From Lama glama (taxonomy: Eukaryota), in NCBI GenBank assembly GCA_028534125.1, contig CM052817.1, forward strand, positions 19,966,001 through 20,030,000: a DNA stretch of 64,000 nucleotides, in the 5' to 3' direction. Within the stretch, counting starts at the first letter, position 1, and each line of letters begins with the position of its first letter. Both the position numbers and the translations under genes were made by a program. Positions 24,301-37,440 of this stretch are shown here, piece after piece. The notes under the pieces are model-generated. The model made no database searches. It worked only from the letters and a program-made list of their open reading frames with translations, and had not been told where the DNA came from.

Positions 24301-27074
24301 AAGGCAAAGATTATTGAATGAAGTAGAACCATCTCATAGGTGATAAAAAGCCAGAAGGTAATAGAGTGGGATTAAATACTGATTAAATAAGCAATCAGAG
24401 CAGAAAGAGGGTAAGCAGAGGTATAATTCCCATGGAAACTCGTGGTCTTATTCATGGCCAGTCTTACCAGATCTTGGGTAACAAAGAAAATGACTTTAAA
24501 TAGACTAGTGAAGAGAAAGCTGTTGGCTGTGGCTTTGACCAGAGGCTTCAGCAAAGAACTACACATGCATGACACCTGGCATGAAATTAGGATAGGCCAA
24601 AGGATATTGAGATGGATACAGTTTAATAGTAGAGAGGCTGTGAATAGAACAGTGACAATGCAATGTGCTATGTTTAATAACAGAGTTATTAAAATGGTTT
24701 GGTGGTACAGAAAATAGACTAGTGTATTCATTTTAACCAAATTATTCAATTTGTTCAAAGTTTTCTTAATCCTGTAGAAGATCTGAAATCTACATCCTGA
24801 TAGATAGACCCAGAGTGATTGCTCAGATAACTCATTACACATGCCTTTTTCTCTAAGGAAATCCTTCCTTTTTTTTCTAGATACTGAATCACTATAATTG
24901 AATAGCATTTCCCCATAATGAACTACATTATGTTCTGTTAAGTGACTTTAAAGCTTAAAAATGAATTTATGAGAGGAAGTACTCTTTTGAAATATAATAA
25001 TTGTCTCTTTTTGCTGTTTAATTGGGAATTTATCTTTTTAGTTTATGATGAGAGGAGTTTCCTTAAGAAGATATTGCTGTCTTTGAAGAAAATGAATGAA
25101 TCAGTAACACATAGACTTCTACTATAAATGTTGCTTAGCTCTTCTAAATATTATATCAACAATTATATATTATTTTAACTAGATTGATGTAAAATACCTA
25201 CTAATATTCAATTTTTAATTTGGGCTGTTTTATTCTTAATTTCTTACCATGTCTCTAGTTTTTCTTTCTTTCTTCTTTTTCTCTTTCTTTCATTCTTTTT
25301 CTATAATAATGCCATTTTATTGGTGACTCCATTTTGTGCTTTCATTTACATAAAATCTCTTGGATGAAGATTGCTTGTTCATGGGGCCACAGAACTGATA
25401 ATCTTTTTAACCTGCAGTTAAAATGTAAGTAATATTTCTAAATTCAATGCAGAGAACATGGAAAGTTTTTATTCCATCTTTATTTTCAGCAACATAAAAG
25501 ATTATAGCCAAACTACAGGTTTTCAAAACATGATTTTACAAATATGAATAAAGAGTAGTGTTATAAAGAAAAATAATGCTTCAAAAATTTAAAATGATGA
25601 TTTAGTACATGAATATGTAGTCTCCTTTAGTCTATTCTCTCTGTCAATTTTAATCTCTTATCCTCAAACTGTTGCCAGAAGCCTATTGTATTGTCCACAT
25701 TTTATTTATAACAAATTTTGATTCAAGCATCTTCAGCATCTAATACATTTATTTCACCCTAATTCTAGAATCTGCTGATAACTTCTTGTCTCTGAAAGCC
25801 CATTTCTTGAATATTAATATATCTTTCTAATGTTTTTTAATATTGCTTGATTAAACTGAAAAAGGCTGTTATCATATACATCTTTCACATTTTCCCTGCA
25901 AAATACGATTTCCAGATGAGAGATCATTAAAGAAATCCATAGAAAAGTAGCATAAGAACTAAGTACTTACCTCTTTACCAAGAAACAAAGCAGAGAAAAT
26001 ACAGTAGAATAAAATATCTTTTTTGGTGTCCCTCACACAATTCATTTTAGGGAAGCGATGACCAGTTCCTTCCTTGGCCATTGAACAAAGGACAGCTTGA
26101 TAAAACTAGTGTGAAGACTTTACATGTTGTTACAGTATTACCAACATCATCAGCTTCATACCTTGCAACATGAACAGTATCTCTGAATTATGACATGCTG
26201 CAGAAGGGAAAGAGAGGGTGGTTCAAAAATTCTAGGATTATTTTAGAATAGTTGGATTTTCATAGCTACAGATAAAAAATTAAGGCAATTTTACACATCA
26301 AAATGATGACAGATTAAGATGTTAACACTAGAGAAACAATGCCAAAACATAATTTCAAAACTTTAACCACAGTTTTAAGGGCTAAGAAACAAAAATAATG
26401 TTGACAACATATTACTTTACATTTACTGATTTGCTAACTCTCTAGCTACCCTTTGTAGTAGGAGTAACCCAACAAAGCACACAGAGCTACAAAGTAACTA
26501 AGATAGATTTCAAATCCCTTTGTCTGATTCCAAGTGCATGTTTAATTATTTATTCTAAATTATAATATATTTTAACGTAAGTTACAAGTCTTATTTTGTG
26601 AGCCAGTTTTTAGTTATAGATTTTTTTATATAAACCTTTCCAAGCATTATGTTGATTAGTACATAATTTCTGTTTGCTGTTGCCTTTAAATTTCTATTTT
26701 AGACGTATTGTTACTTTTAATTTATTTATTTGGTAAATAGTCTGCAGGATTCTGAAAATATTTTATGTATTGTTTGTAGGAAACATATTAAATATATAAC
26801 AGGTAGAGAAAACTAATAATTCTGCAAGTAAAAGAGAAATGTTAAGAGAAAGAGAACAGGGAAGATTGAAAAATAAAACCAATGGAATGGAAGTAATCCA
26901 AAGACATAGCAGGATTTTTTTAACTGTGCTCGTTTTGAAAAATACTATTTTATAGTGGTGATACCATTTTTGGTGTATATGCCCCTTCACGAATTGGGCT
27001 CTTGAGTTATTGAAAAATTAATATTTTAATGTAGACCTTTTTTTTGTCTGTCTTAATTGATTTTATTTTTAGTC

Positions 27075-27400
27075 ATGAATGATACACAATCTAACTCCAG
27101 ACTGTTTAAGAAGAAATGGATATTTACGGCTTCATCTAACTAAATAGTGCCTTGGGAAATAATACTGGTTTCAGGTCCATGGTTTCGTATTTTATCATCA
27201 GGTTTTGTACTGGCTTCCTCCATATCCCATCTTCCTCCACATCGGGCAGGCCCTCAGGCAGAGTCCCCACTGGGGAATCAAGTTGATTTCTAGTGGTTGA
27301 ATGATTACATCCTATCTATTCAAATTCAAGACCAATGGAAAGAGAGTACCTAGCTTAATTTGGACAGACTTAGTTCCCTTGATCATCCCGAGCCAATGAT
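27075..27400 (-). mobile_element. Ancient MaLR LTR (MLT1J/K-like)
   Basis: ...ctaactccagactgtttaagaagaaatggatattta...ggcaggccctc...atttggacagactt...ccgagccaatga pattern. Diverged. Confidence 0.45.
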
Positions 27401-27594
27401 TTATTTGAATATATATATATTTTTAATTTTAGTTATGTAAATCTACTCCTCACTTCATAGACTGTCCACATCCCCTCTTCTACTTTATTTTGTATGTTAT
27501 CACCATCATACACTTGATTTTTATATTATTTTACATACTTGTAAATTGTATATATAAACAAATAAAATTTGTTTGTTTATTTATTGTTCATTTC

Positions 27595-27870
27595 ACACAA
27601 CCAGAATATAAACTCCATGAGGGAAGTATATTATGTCTGCTTCGTGCCAGTATATAGTTTTTGCTCAATGAGTGAATTAATTCCTTATTATCTACTCTGT
27701 ACTGTATTCTAAGTGCTTGAGGTACAGCACTGAAGCAAACATCTAATTTTCTGGCTTCATTGAGTTTATGTGTATACATGATAGATACATGGATGGCTAG
27801 ACAGATAAACAGATAGATGGACAGATAAAATGCACACATTATGTCAGGGAATTATAAGTGTTAAGAGGAA
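27595..27870. mobile_element. Two L2 3' ends in tail-to-tail orientation (junction ~27678)
   Basis: ccagaatataaactccatgagggaag...gctcaatgagtgaat (sense L2 end) is followed by attccttattatctactctgtactgtattctaagtgcttgaggtacagc...ttcattgagttta (antisense L2 end). Confidence 0.6.
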
Positions 27871-28639
27871 ATATTCTGTCTCTGGATGTCAAGAGGCATA
27901 CTCATTGATTGGAATGGGCTAAATCATTCATTCTTCACTGACTATTTATGAGAATATCCTCAATCAAAGTTCCTTTCATAAAAGATTGAAAGGGATGTTT
28001 CTTCTTAAAGCCTGTGGAATATATTTACCAGAAGATATTGGAATAGATGTTAAGAAAACAACTCATAAACTAAAGAGTGAGGATATTTGCAGAAACTGCA
28101 ATGGTAGAGTGGGATATAGAATAATTAAAATAAACCCTAAACTCTTTCTGATTCATAAATAATAAGAATATATAGTTCAGAACAGTCAGAGGATTACAGA
28201 AATCCTTACATCCAGCTGGACTGGTGAATATTTCTTTTTTTGGCCCTGATTCTGCTCCTTACAGGTATTCAACTAGATGTTTATCTAATACCCTTATTTT
28301 GAACCTTCCCTGAAGGCTAAGTTTAAATTATTCTTTCCAACTATGAAAGTTTAACTATTTTATTTTTTAACTATTATGGTTAAGAATCAGTTGACTCTTT
28401 GAATCCTAGAGATCTCTAAATACATGGAACCTCTCTATTCCTTTTCACTCCTATTTACTAATTAGCTAATTAATTTTTACACCCAACTTCTACTTGAATT
28501 ACTTGATAACTGCAGCTAAAGAAGCCCTGCACACTTTTAAACTTTAATTTCTTAATTAGTATAATCCTCCAAATTAATTACTTAAAATAACCAGCAGAAC
28601 CACACATTTCTGCAGATACATTCATTATAAGATGGTTTC

Positions 28640-28990
28640 TGCTAAGAACATGGCTTGCCAGTTTTCCAATATTCAACACCAATTTTCTTGGTGCCCACTG
28701 CCAAGGTCTTAAGACAATCCTACAAATGTTTGCATCTGCACACTTGTAGACACTAACTTCCTCGCCACACAGTCTTTACATGGGGATTTACAGTCTTGGA
28801 CCCTCCAAAAATCATGAGCATTGCAGTCAATGGCAGGGGAATGGAAAGTGCTCACTTGCGCTTTGGATCTTAAAGACTTCCACTAGGACATGACCAGCAT
28901 CATTCTGCTCACATGGCATTGTCAGGAAGTGTTGTCCCATAGTGTGTCCAGAGGAGGAGAAACCAAAATAATAGTAAACACTAATGATAC
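28640..28990 (-). mobile_element. Ancient MaLR LTR (MLT1H/I-like)
   Basis: atggcagggga...tcttaaagacttcc...catcattctgctcacat...aatagtaaacactaatga resembles antisense MLT1. Confidence 0.45.
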
Positions 28991-31900
28991 ACAAAACTCT
29001 TTTGATACAATTTTCCACACTATAATCAAAATCTCTTTTTGTCAAAGTGTAAATTTACTATGTTACCTGCACCATACTATCACTCAGTTGTAAAGACAGG
29101 TTTCCAGCACAGGCCTGTGCACCATTCCAAGCTGGAACTCATTCGAGTAGTCAACACTGCCTCTCAGAGCCTTTGCTTCTTCCTTCTGGGGCATCTATTG
29201 TGAACCAATTTCTATACCAAATGCAGCCATGAATGCCTCTCCACACCTGAGAGAGTTTGGCTAATAGTCCTACTCCACAAGGACTTTCAAGGCATATACA
29301 AATGCCACATAGACGTCTCCTGATAGAACATTTATAACAAAAAAAAAAAAAAAAACCACCACACAGAAGTTTTCTTGAAAAAAAATTCTCTTTGTGTCAG
29401 ATATATGAAAGGAATATTTCTGACTACTTTGTATGAGTTTCTTAAAATACTATATGTCTGCTCTTCTAAAGTGCTTGCCACCCAAAGTAATATTAAAATA
29501 AGATCAAGCTGTGCAAATGACCCATATTGTAAGAAACATTCTAATCTGTTCCAGATATAGCTGCCCAATTTGAGTTTATGGTAATAACTAGTAAAAAGAG
29601 GAACAGACTCTAACCTTCAGATTCCTGATTCAGGCAATATATTGTTTATATAAAGACAAAAACGACTTGACATTTCAGCTTAATAATGTTCTCCTAAGTT
29701 TCACTGTTACAGTGTTCCCCAGAAATTTTCACTTAGAGGTTCTGTTGCCAAAGTTAAGATATAGATTTTTCTTCCTAACAATTCATTCTCTAAACTATTG
29801 TTAGTTCCAAAAAAAAAATGGCCTTAATATAATGGAGTTTCATTGTACTTTGTATTATGTGGAGCAGGTTCTATTTGATTTCTACAAAATAAGTCACTTT
29901 TATCCATTCCAGTTTCTAAACCACTTTGTGGAAGAAATATTTGAATTCATCAATTTTAGAGAGACATTGAATCATCCTTCAAGCAATATATGATGACATT
30001 TTGAGCACAAATATCAAGATTATTATTTTTAAAATTAAATATTACCTGAGTGTTTAAAGTGGCTGAGGAGCATATTAATATTAAATATTATTTCTGACAT
30101 TTTAAAAAGGTCAAATATGCTGCTGTTATACAAAAACTATTAGCAGAAACATCAAATTATTATAATCATTCTAAACACTAATTTGGTTCAAAAGTTAACA
30201 TTTAGAGAGTTTGAACTCAATATTTCTTCTCAATGAAGGTCAACATAATTTCACTGTTCAAGTTCTATCCAAAAAAATTTCACTCAACTTGAAAACACTA
30301 ATTTAACATCAACATTGACTTTCACTCTAATTTTTAGTGAACATTTTAATTTTTCCTGGATGACTATATATAGTTGCCAGGGGTAGAGGGGAGCAGTAAC
30401 TTTTTTGAATTACTTTTTCAACTTCCATCTAACTTTTCAACAAAGCATAATCATTGAGTATCCAAAGTAGCTGCACAAACTCTGAGGTTGAGAAGGAAGT
30501 TTGCTTCTTTGTAACTAAAAGAACAAATTCTACTCCACTATTCACCAGTGACTGAATACACCAGACCTTGAACAAAAAAATCCATCTTTGTCCCCGAAAA
30601 TCAGCTGCCCGATATTTCAAACTGATTCTACTTATGGACTTTCATAGACTAGAATGTCTTTTGAATTAAAGCAATAATCATAGTGCCAAGGAGATTTTGG
30701 ATGGACTTTCTACATCTCTGCGTCCTCTTCTGTATAAATATGGAATCAATATTTACCTCATTGTTTACTTATGTCTTACGTTATTCTCTTCTCTTTGTAA
30801 ATTTTCATTTTCTTTACTTAGCTTTGTTCTCTAGAAGAAAAATTTCAATTGTGCTATAGCACATTCTCAGGAGGATGTCATAACTCTAAGATCCTTAAAA
30901 ATTTACATGTGACCAACTGCTTTTCAGACAAACCAGAGGACTAGAATGTATTACGTATAAAGTATGTGGTTATATCAAAATATTCAACACATCTTTCTCT
31001 TATGTGTTTTTTTTTCATTCTATTTTCTTTCTTTAAATAAAGGCATTGCTTTTTAGAAGATTCCAGAAACTGTTCAGATCTGGTTAGTAAAATCACTGAA
31101 TATTTTCAGTGTGATATTAACTACTGTATATCTGTTCTTTAAAATGTATGAAGTTTTTGGCTTGCTTTTTATCACTTACTTCTGACAGCATCCCCTCATA
31201 TATTAGGCAGTATCCTCATCTCCTGTCAAATAAAAACAGAGCCAACAATAGATCACACATCTTGTTCAAATTTAAATAGCTAATAAATATCTAAGTCAAA
31301 TCTGGAACTGAAATCATAAAACATTATCTTTTCAATTCTTTCTTAGAAATGATTATTTGAAAATTAACATAATATGTTTTTCTAGTCTCCTTGGATTCAA
31401 GTACCAATAAATTCAAGCCAGCCACATAACAAATACTTGGAATCATTTCATAATAGATAAAAACAAAGTTTAGGATATCTGCAAACTTGAAACCATTCTG
31501 CTGCTAGAATCAATTAACCATTGTTGCCCATGAACAGAAAAAGGGCAGACCCCCACATATCATTGTGTTATTTTTCCACTTTAAAGAAGCTCACAAAAAT
31601 GAACAGACTGCTTTCTCTATGACTTTGATTCATCATGTATAGATACATTATCTTCAAGTTGTGATGTATACAAAATGATGTCACAAAAAACTATGCTAAT
31701 GGGTATGATACTTTTTACTATCTTTTTCTGTATGTCTGCTTGCTAATAGCCTTCTAAATTCCTACATTGTATTTCCAGAATTGCTGCAAGCTAATTTCAC
31801 GTTCCTTTGCCCTTTATTATATAATTTCCTAGCTTCAGAACCTCTTTTCTCTCTTTAATATGGCTCATTCTTGGTTGCTTTAATCATTACATAATGCATG

Positions 31901-33929
31901 TATGATCTTCAGTAATTTAAGCTTTTATTTCTTCATCTATAAAATGGGGAGGGTAATGATACCTAAAGTGCTCAGAATAACACGTGGCACCTACGAATAT
32001 TTCTAAGTAGTTTACACTAATTTTATTATATAGAGTTTCAGACTTGTTATTTTGACTTTGAATTCCTGTCTTCAGTTTCTGCTCTTTGATTCTATGAACC
32101 AAGATTCTTTTCCACAGCCCAGAAGATTCAACATAAGATTGTAAGTGTCACACCTCCCTCATGGCTCAGTCTGAAAGAAGGGCAGACTTCTTCCAAATGA
32201 AAAAAAAAGTCACCAGATTCTTCTGTCAGGGATAGCAGAGTCAATCACTCTTGGGTTTTCTGATCATCTGGGGAAAAATATTCTACATTTTTCAAAATGT
32301 TCCCCTTACTCTTTCAACCTTCTTGAAAAGAAAACAGGTTTTCTTGGATATTCTATCTGTGGTTCAGTCACATATGTATTTCTCTGCTTTCCTATAACCA
32401 GTACTGAGCCTACTGAAAATAAATGCATTCGTTTTTCTGAGCGTGCCTGCAGGAGCAGTCTTTTCAGCTTGAATTGCATATTCAAGTTTCCTGCTGCTTT
32501 CAATCCATCTAGGATTAACAAGAACTTACCTGTTTACAATAAATGGAATGGATATTGGGTATTTGATCAAGGACAGTCCTCAGGCTGTATAGTTTCTTCT
32601 ATTTGTTGAAATTTAATGTCATTTAACCTCTGGGAGTGGAGCACAAGCTTTCTTCTAAACCAGATTTTTCTAATTTTTAGAGGAAGCTTTTTGAATAAAA
32701 TGGAGCTGCAAGGCTGGTTTTTATTTGTTTTGGCTCAAAATGTTTGCATTTTTTATATCACTTGCTTGCCCCAGGGATGCACAGAATGGGTGATTTTTAC
32801 AGATCTGAAAAATAAATCAATCAATATGAGAATTTGTTGGTCTGTATTTGTTATTAATATTACAATCTCTTCTCTCCTGGGACATCTTCTACAAACTCAG
32901 TTAATAAAAGAGAAGCCCTTGCAGTGTTTTACGTCATGGTTATACTACAGATAAATAAATATACCCAACAAGCTTACATCAGTCTTATTTTAATAAAACA
33001 CAGGAATGAACAGTGTTTGGAGACTAAAGAGCTAATAGCAAAGCCCACATAGTCTTAACTTGTGTATTGTATTTGTGATTCTTATTAATGTTGTTTTTAG
33101 GTATATCATGCTGAAAAGGTTTTCTCAATCTGTCATATCCTTGCATTAATGGAGGAATCTAGAATGATATATTATATTTGAGGGGATAGGAGAGGATGGA
33201 AAGGAAAGAAAATGGAAGGGGGAAAGGCATGATTTATATAGTACAAAGGGGAAAATGCTCTTCAGATATGGAATAGATGACTGTGAACATTTTCTATATA
33301 ATATACAGCATTTCCCATAATAAAAGTCTCAAGAAAAATTAGACTAAATATAGTTAAGGTCAAGAATAATGTATAATACTGCCTTGTATTAATGGTTAAA
33401 TTTTTAATGGAAATAATCAAATACTTTTTAAATTAAAAATGGACGTAACATCTGGTGAAATTTAAAGGTACTAGATTTATATGTAAATAGTTTTTAGATG
33501 TAAACATCATTAAGATATGAGATTTATTTAAATAATGACAGTGAGTACATGTGTCACTGGGACTGGCACAGAGTAGGCACACAAGAACTGTAAAGCTAAT
33601 GTATCAGGGGTAAAAATTAAAGACAACATTAAACCAAAAACATGATCAATAGAAACTAGAAAAGAAATTGATTAGTGTTCTGTTTTAATATTTATAACAC
33701 ATATAACTTAATACAAATCATATGATTTCCTAGGTTCCAGTTTCTTACTAAAAGAAGTTGGCATACTAGTATTAACCTTGGTAAACTTGCCATGTTATTG
33801 TGACAATACAATTAAGTATTGAAATGAACAAATTCATACCTTCAACTGTTTGCATTCGGCATGTATAAACTTTGGACTCGTCACTTGAAAGGTAACAAGA
33901 CCCTGCCCACAAAGAGTTGGATGATGTTG

Positions 33930-34376
33930 ACAGAGAGACCAAAAGCACTAAGGGACAGTGACCAGAATATATGTTAAAGTGGAACTCTAGCCTACAACCT
34001 CTGCAGTAACCAGTTCAGGAAGCCAAACCAATCCTTTAGAGCAATTAACCCCAGATGGTTAAAACTTGATCAATAATGGCCAGCTTCTTTCATTTTTGCC
34101 CCCACTTTTATTCCAGGACCAACCAAAGGAAGCCAGATATGCTTCCCAAACCAATCATACAGGATCCCTTGTTTACTGGCCAGCCTCCAGCTTCCCCAGC
34201 CAACAACCTCCAATCAGAACTGAGCTGAAGGCTTCCCTTTGTTCACCATGGAGATTCCACACTGCCTGCCTCCCTTTGAGGCTCTGCCAAATGGAAGTAA
34301 TGAGGGCTGACTCCCCTGAAAGCTCTGAATGAGTTTCCTCAGCTTTTTCTCATTTGAGTGGTCTTTATTGCCACAT
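33930..34376 (+). mobile_element. ERV1-class solo LTR (MER110/MER90-like)
   Basis: acaacctctgcagtaaccag...ggaagccaaacca...caggaccaacc...ccaaaccaatca...ccaacaacctccaatcag matches my recollection of MER110-type LTRs. Confidence 0.65.
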
Positions 34377-34507
34377 TACATAAAAATCCACATCTTACAT
34401 CTATAAATGAGCAGTGTTAAGGGGGAATTTGTTAGTATGACTAGTAAAGGAGACTATCACGGATAGCCACCTTTATCAAGGAACTGAGGAAGATTAAAAA
34501 GCAACTG

Positions 34508-35305
34508 TGGACTTCCAGTTTCAACTCCAACATATAAAGGCTTTAAAGTCACCACTCTCACTTACAATAACAAAAAATGGGACAAAATGAAAATTAATGA
34601 TTTTTCTTGAACCGTTGCAGGAAAACTACCGTTCCCAAATCTGGAGACTCTGGTGCATGTAGAGAGAGATACAGCCCCCATGATTAACTTACTAAGAACA
34701 GAAGCCATTGGATGTCTTAGGTGGTAGGAATGCTTGAATGGTAATTTAAACAAATTGCTAGAGACTGTGTGAACTAACTTGAGAGACAGAAACTCGGGAA
34801 CCCATAGTCTGAGAGTTCCACCAGGTTGGGATTCAAGAAAAATCTCCTTGTGCTTCTAGGAGACAGATGAGGCAAATGATCATTGTAAAACAATCCCAGA
34901 ATCTTCTCCACAGGGAACGCCTACTATGTAGTGGAAAGGGCTTTGTCGGAGCACAAAGGAACCAGACAACTTTATCCCAGGTGTTGAGATGATCGGACAC
35001 AGAATGTAAAATAATTATGATTAATATATTAAGTTCTCTAATGGAAAAAGTAAACGACGTGCAAAAGAGATGTGTAATGTAAGCAGACAGATGGAAATTC
35101 TGAGAAAGAATCAAAAGGAAATGCTAGAAATCAAAACTGTAATTAGGAAGAGTAAAAAATATCTTTGATGGATCATCAGTAACTGCAAAAAGGCCAGGGT
35201 AAGAATTTTCCAAATCTAAAATTTAAGAAAAAGGAGAAAGGGAAAAAACACAAGACAGAATATGCAACAACTATTGTGGGAGAATATCAAAAGCTGTAAA
35301 ATGCA
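34508..35305 (+). mobile_element. Old L1 5' end + ORF1 coiled-coil fragment (L1MC/L1MD-like), heavily deleted
   Basis: Starts ggacttccagtttcaactccaacat. 34980-35180 encodes relics such as MINIL.SLMEKV and MEILRKNQKEMLEIK, typical of ORF1p. Confidence 0.75.
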
Positions 35306-35809
35306 AACTTTTGATATTTATCCTTAAAAGATTTGTGAAGTTATCAGGCAAAAAGCTAGTCAGAGCATTCCAGGTAGGTTGATCAAAAAGCCATGGAATT
35401 TGGAAAAGATAGGGCATACAGAGGGAGGAATTTAAAGTTTTAACGTGACTCTAACAGAATATGTGTAAGAGCAGAAAACTCACGCCGGGTCAGATTGCAC
35501 CCCACAATACACCCCACGCAGTGCATACATATACTTGTTCCAGACACCATGTTCTCAAGTTCGGGCTTAAATCTGGGGATATTATGGAGCCAATAGACGT
35601 CTTTATGCAGAGTCGCAATGTGAATTGATTTAAGTTTTATGAAATAAACTTTTGGAGCAGCTGAACTATGGTAGAAAACTATGGTATGTGTGTATGTTTC
35701 GTTCTTTAAGGGAGAAGAGGGGATCGAGATATATGAAGATCAAGAAAGCCCTATGGTTTTCTATCTCATTTACTCTGCTCCCATAACCCTTCTTTAAATG
35801 TCAAGAACT

Positions 35810-35975
35810 TCAGAGCTGGGGAAAGCATCCTGGGTGGGCATCCACACCCTGTCCATAAATGCCTTCAACATGAGTGCACAACTCTAAAGTCACGTATGTG
35901 TGTGTAATTGGGGGAGGGTATTCTTCGCTTTTATAAGATTATCCAAGGATTTTGTAGCCCAAACGAAGGTTAGTC
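35810..35975 (+). mobile_element. Possible MER103-like DNA transposon fragment
   Basis: gcttttataagattatccaaggattttgtagcccaaacgaaggtta resembles the MER103C terminus as recalled. Weak match. Confidence 0.35.
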
Positions 35976-37269
35976 AAAAAAAATAGTGTAGTATTGCTTT
36001 TATTCTAAAATATAACAAACCATAAAATCTCTTTCCTATTACTGTTATTTCAGTTTTAACTACATGTGAAATTACTGGTCATTCACTGAAATTCATCCCA
36101 ACATCACTGCCTTAGGGAAGCATATCATGAGGTTTTCAAATAGCCTTAATCATTCGCTTTGCTGGGCTAACTCTATCTATATATAGATGTCCTTCTATTC
36201 TTGTACTTATCATACTATGAAATGTAAACCTGTCTTTCCAATTAGAATATGACCAACATGAGCACATTTGCAGAACCTAATACAACACAAAAAAAGTTGA
36301 TCCTTAAAACATTAGTTGAAAGTTCTAATTATGAGCAAATTATAAAGTATATTATTTATAATATTCTAATTTATAATTATAAATATTTAAATAAGAGTAT
36401 ATTGTGATATGCTAGGTCTTTTGCTTATTATTGCAGTTTGTACTCAATTATAAGCTGTCTGAAATTTAATCTGATTGAACATATTAAAGATTATTAAGAA
36501 CTGATAAAAGTACCAGATAGTTGTTAGGCACATAAATATCAGAGAAACAGGGCTGAAGAAGCAATGCAATGCCCTCTACAGGTTTTATACTTTTTTGTTC
36601 ATCAACATATATTTTATGCAATAATTCCTTTCATGTGATATATTAATGTATGCAATTTCCAGCACCAAATTGTTCCTCTATTATTTTTGTTCCATTCAAA
36701 AAAAGCATATCAGGATACAAATGAAAAATTTTAAGGTTATTATAGAAATAAACTCATTTCTGATCTAATTTATATTGTTAAGAGTACATCAATAGAGAAA
36801 TTTGGAAACTTAATTATTAGTAGTAACAACTTAATTGCAATGCTGTAAAACTCATTGTGACACTCAAGTATATAATAACACCATTCTTGAAAATCTCTGT
36901 TTTAGAGTACTTTCTGTTTAACACTAGAAGAAGTACAAGTATGTATTATAAACATTTATTGCAATTACAGAAAAATTTCATTATCTATAAAAAGGGTGAT
37001 ACTTATACATTCAAGATGATAGAATTGTTTTAGTAATGAAATAATGCATAATGCTTTCCAATGCACTTAGTCCACTATGATAAATTAATAAATCTTTACC
37101 ATTATAATTATTTTTATGAACAATATTATGTGCTTCATGAACTGCATTTACATGCACTGTTTTAACTGAGAAGGATAAATAGGGACTTTTTTTTTTAGCC
37201 TTGATTTACTGATAAGGGAAAGAAAAGTTAGAAAAAATTATTTGGTGAATATCTTTATTCAGAGTGGAG

Positions 37270-37440
37270 ACAGCACAGGATGGTGATGAATTACGGACTT
37301 ATTCTAAAGCTGGATTGTCTGAGCCTCCTAGTTTTGTCACCCATCAGACATATGCCCTCAGCTACTTTACTTCATCTCTTTATTCCTTGTGTTCCAGATG
37401 ATAGTAAGTCACTTATATGTGTTCATTAAATGAATAAAAT
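37270..37440 (+). mobile_element. MIR SINE, degenerate
   Basis: cagcacaggatggtgatgaa...ttctaaagctggattgtctgag...tactttacttcatctct...attaaatgaataa layout. Confidence 0.45.

Noticed and set aside
24372..24908. Longest ORF in the track (178 aa, minus strand)
   Set aside because: Leu/Ile/Phe-rich composition typical of AT-rich non-coding DNA, non-ATG start and no recognisable domain.
20121..35305. Old L1 3' end, ORF2 middle and 5' end as one rearranged element
   Set aside because: The pieces are on the same strand but in reverse order and up to 12 kb apart with unrelated DNA between. Independent insertions are more parsimonious.
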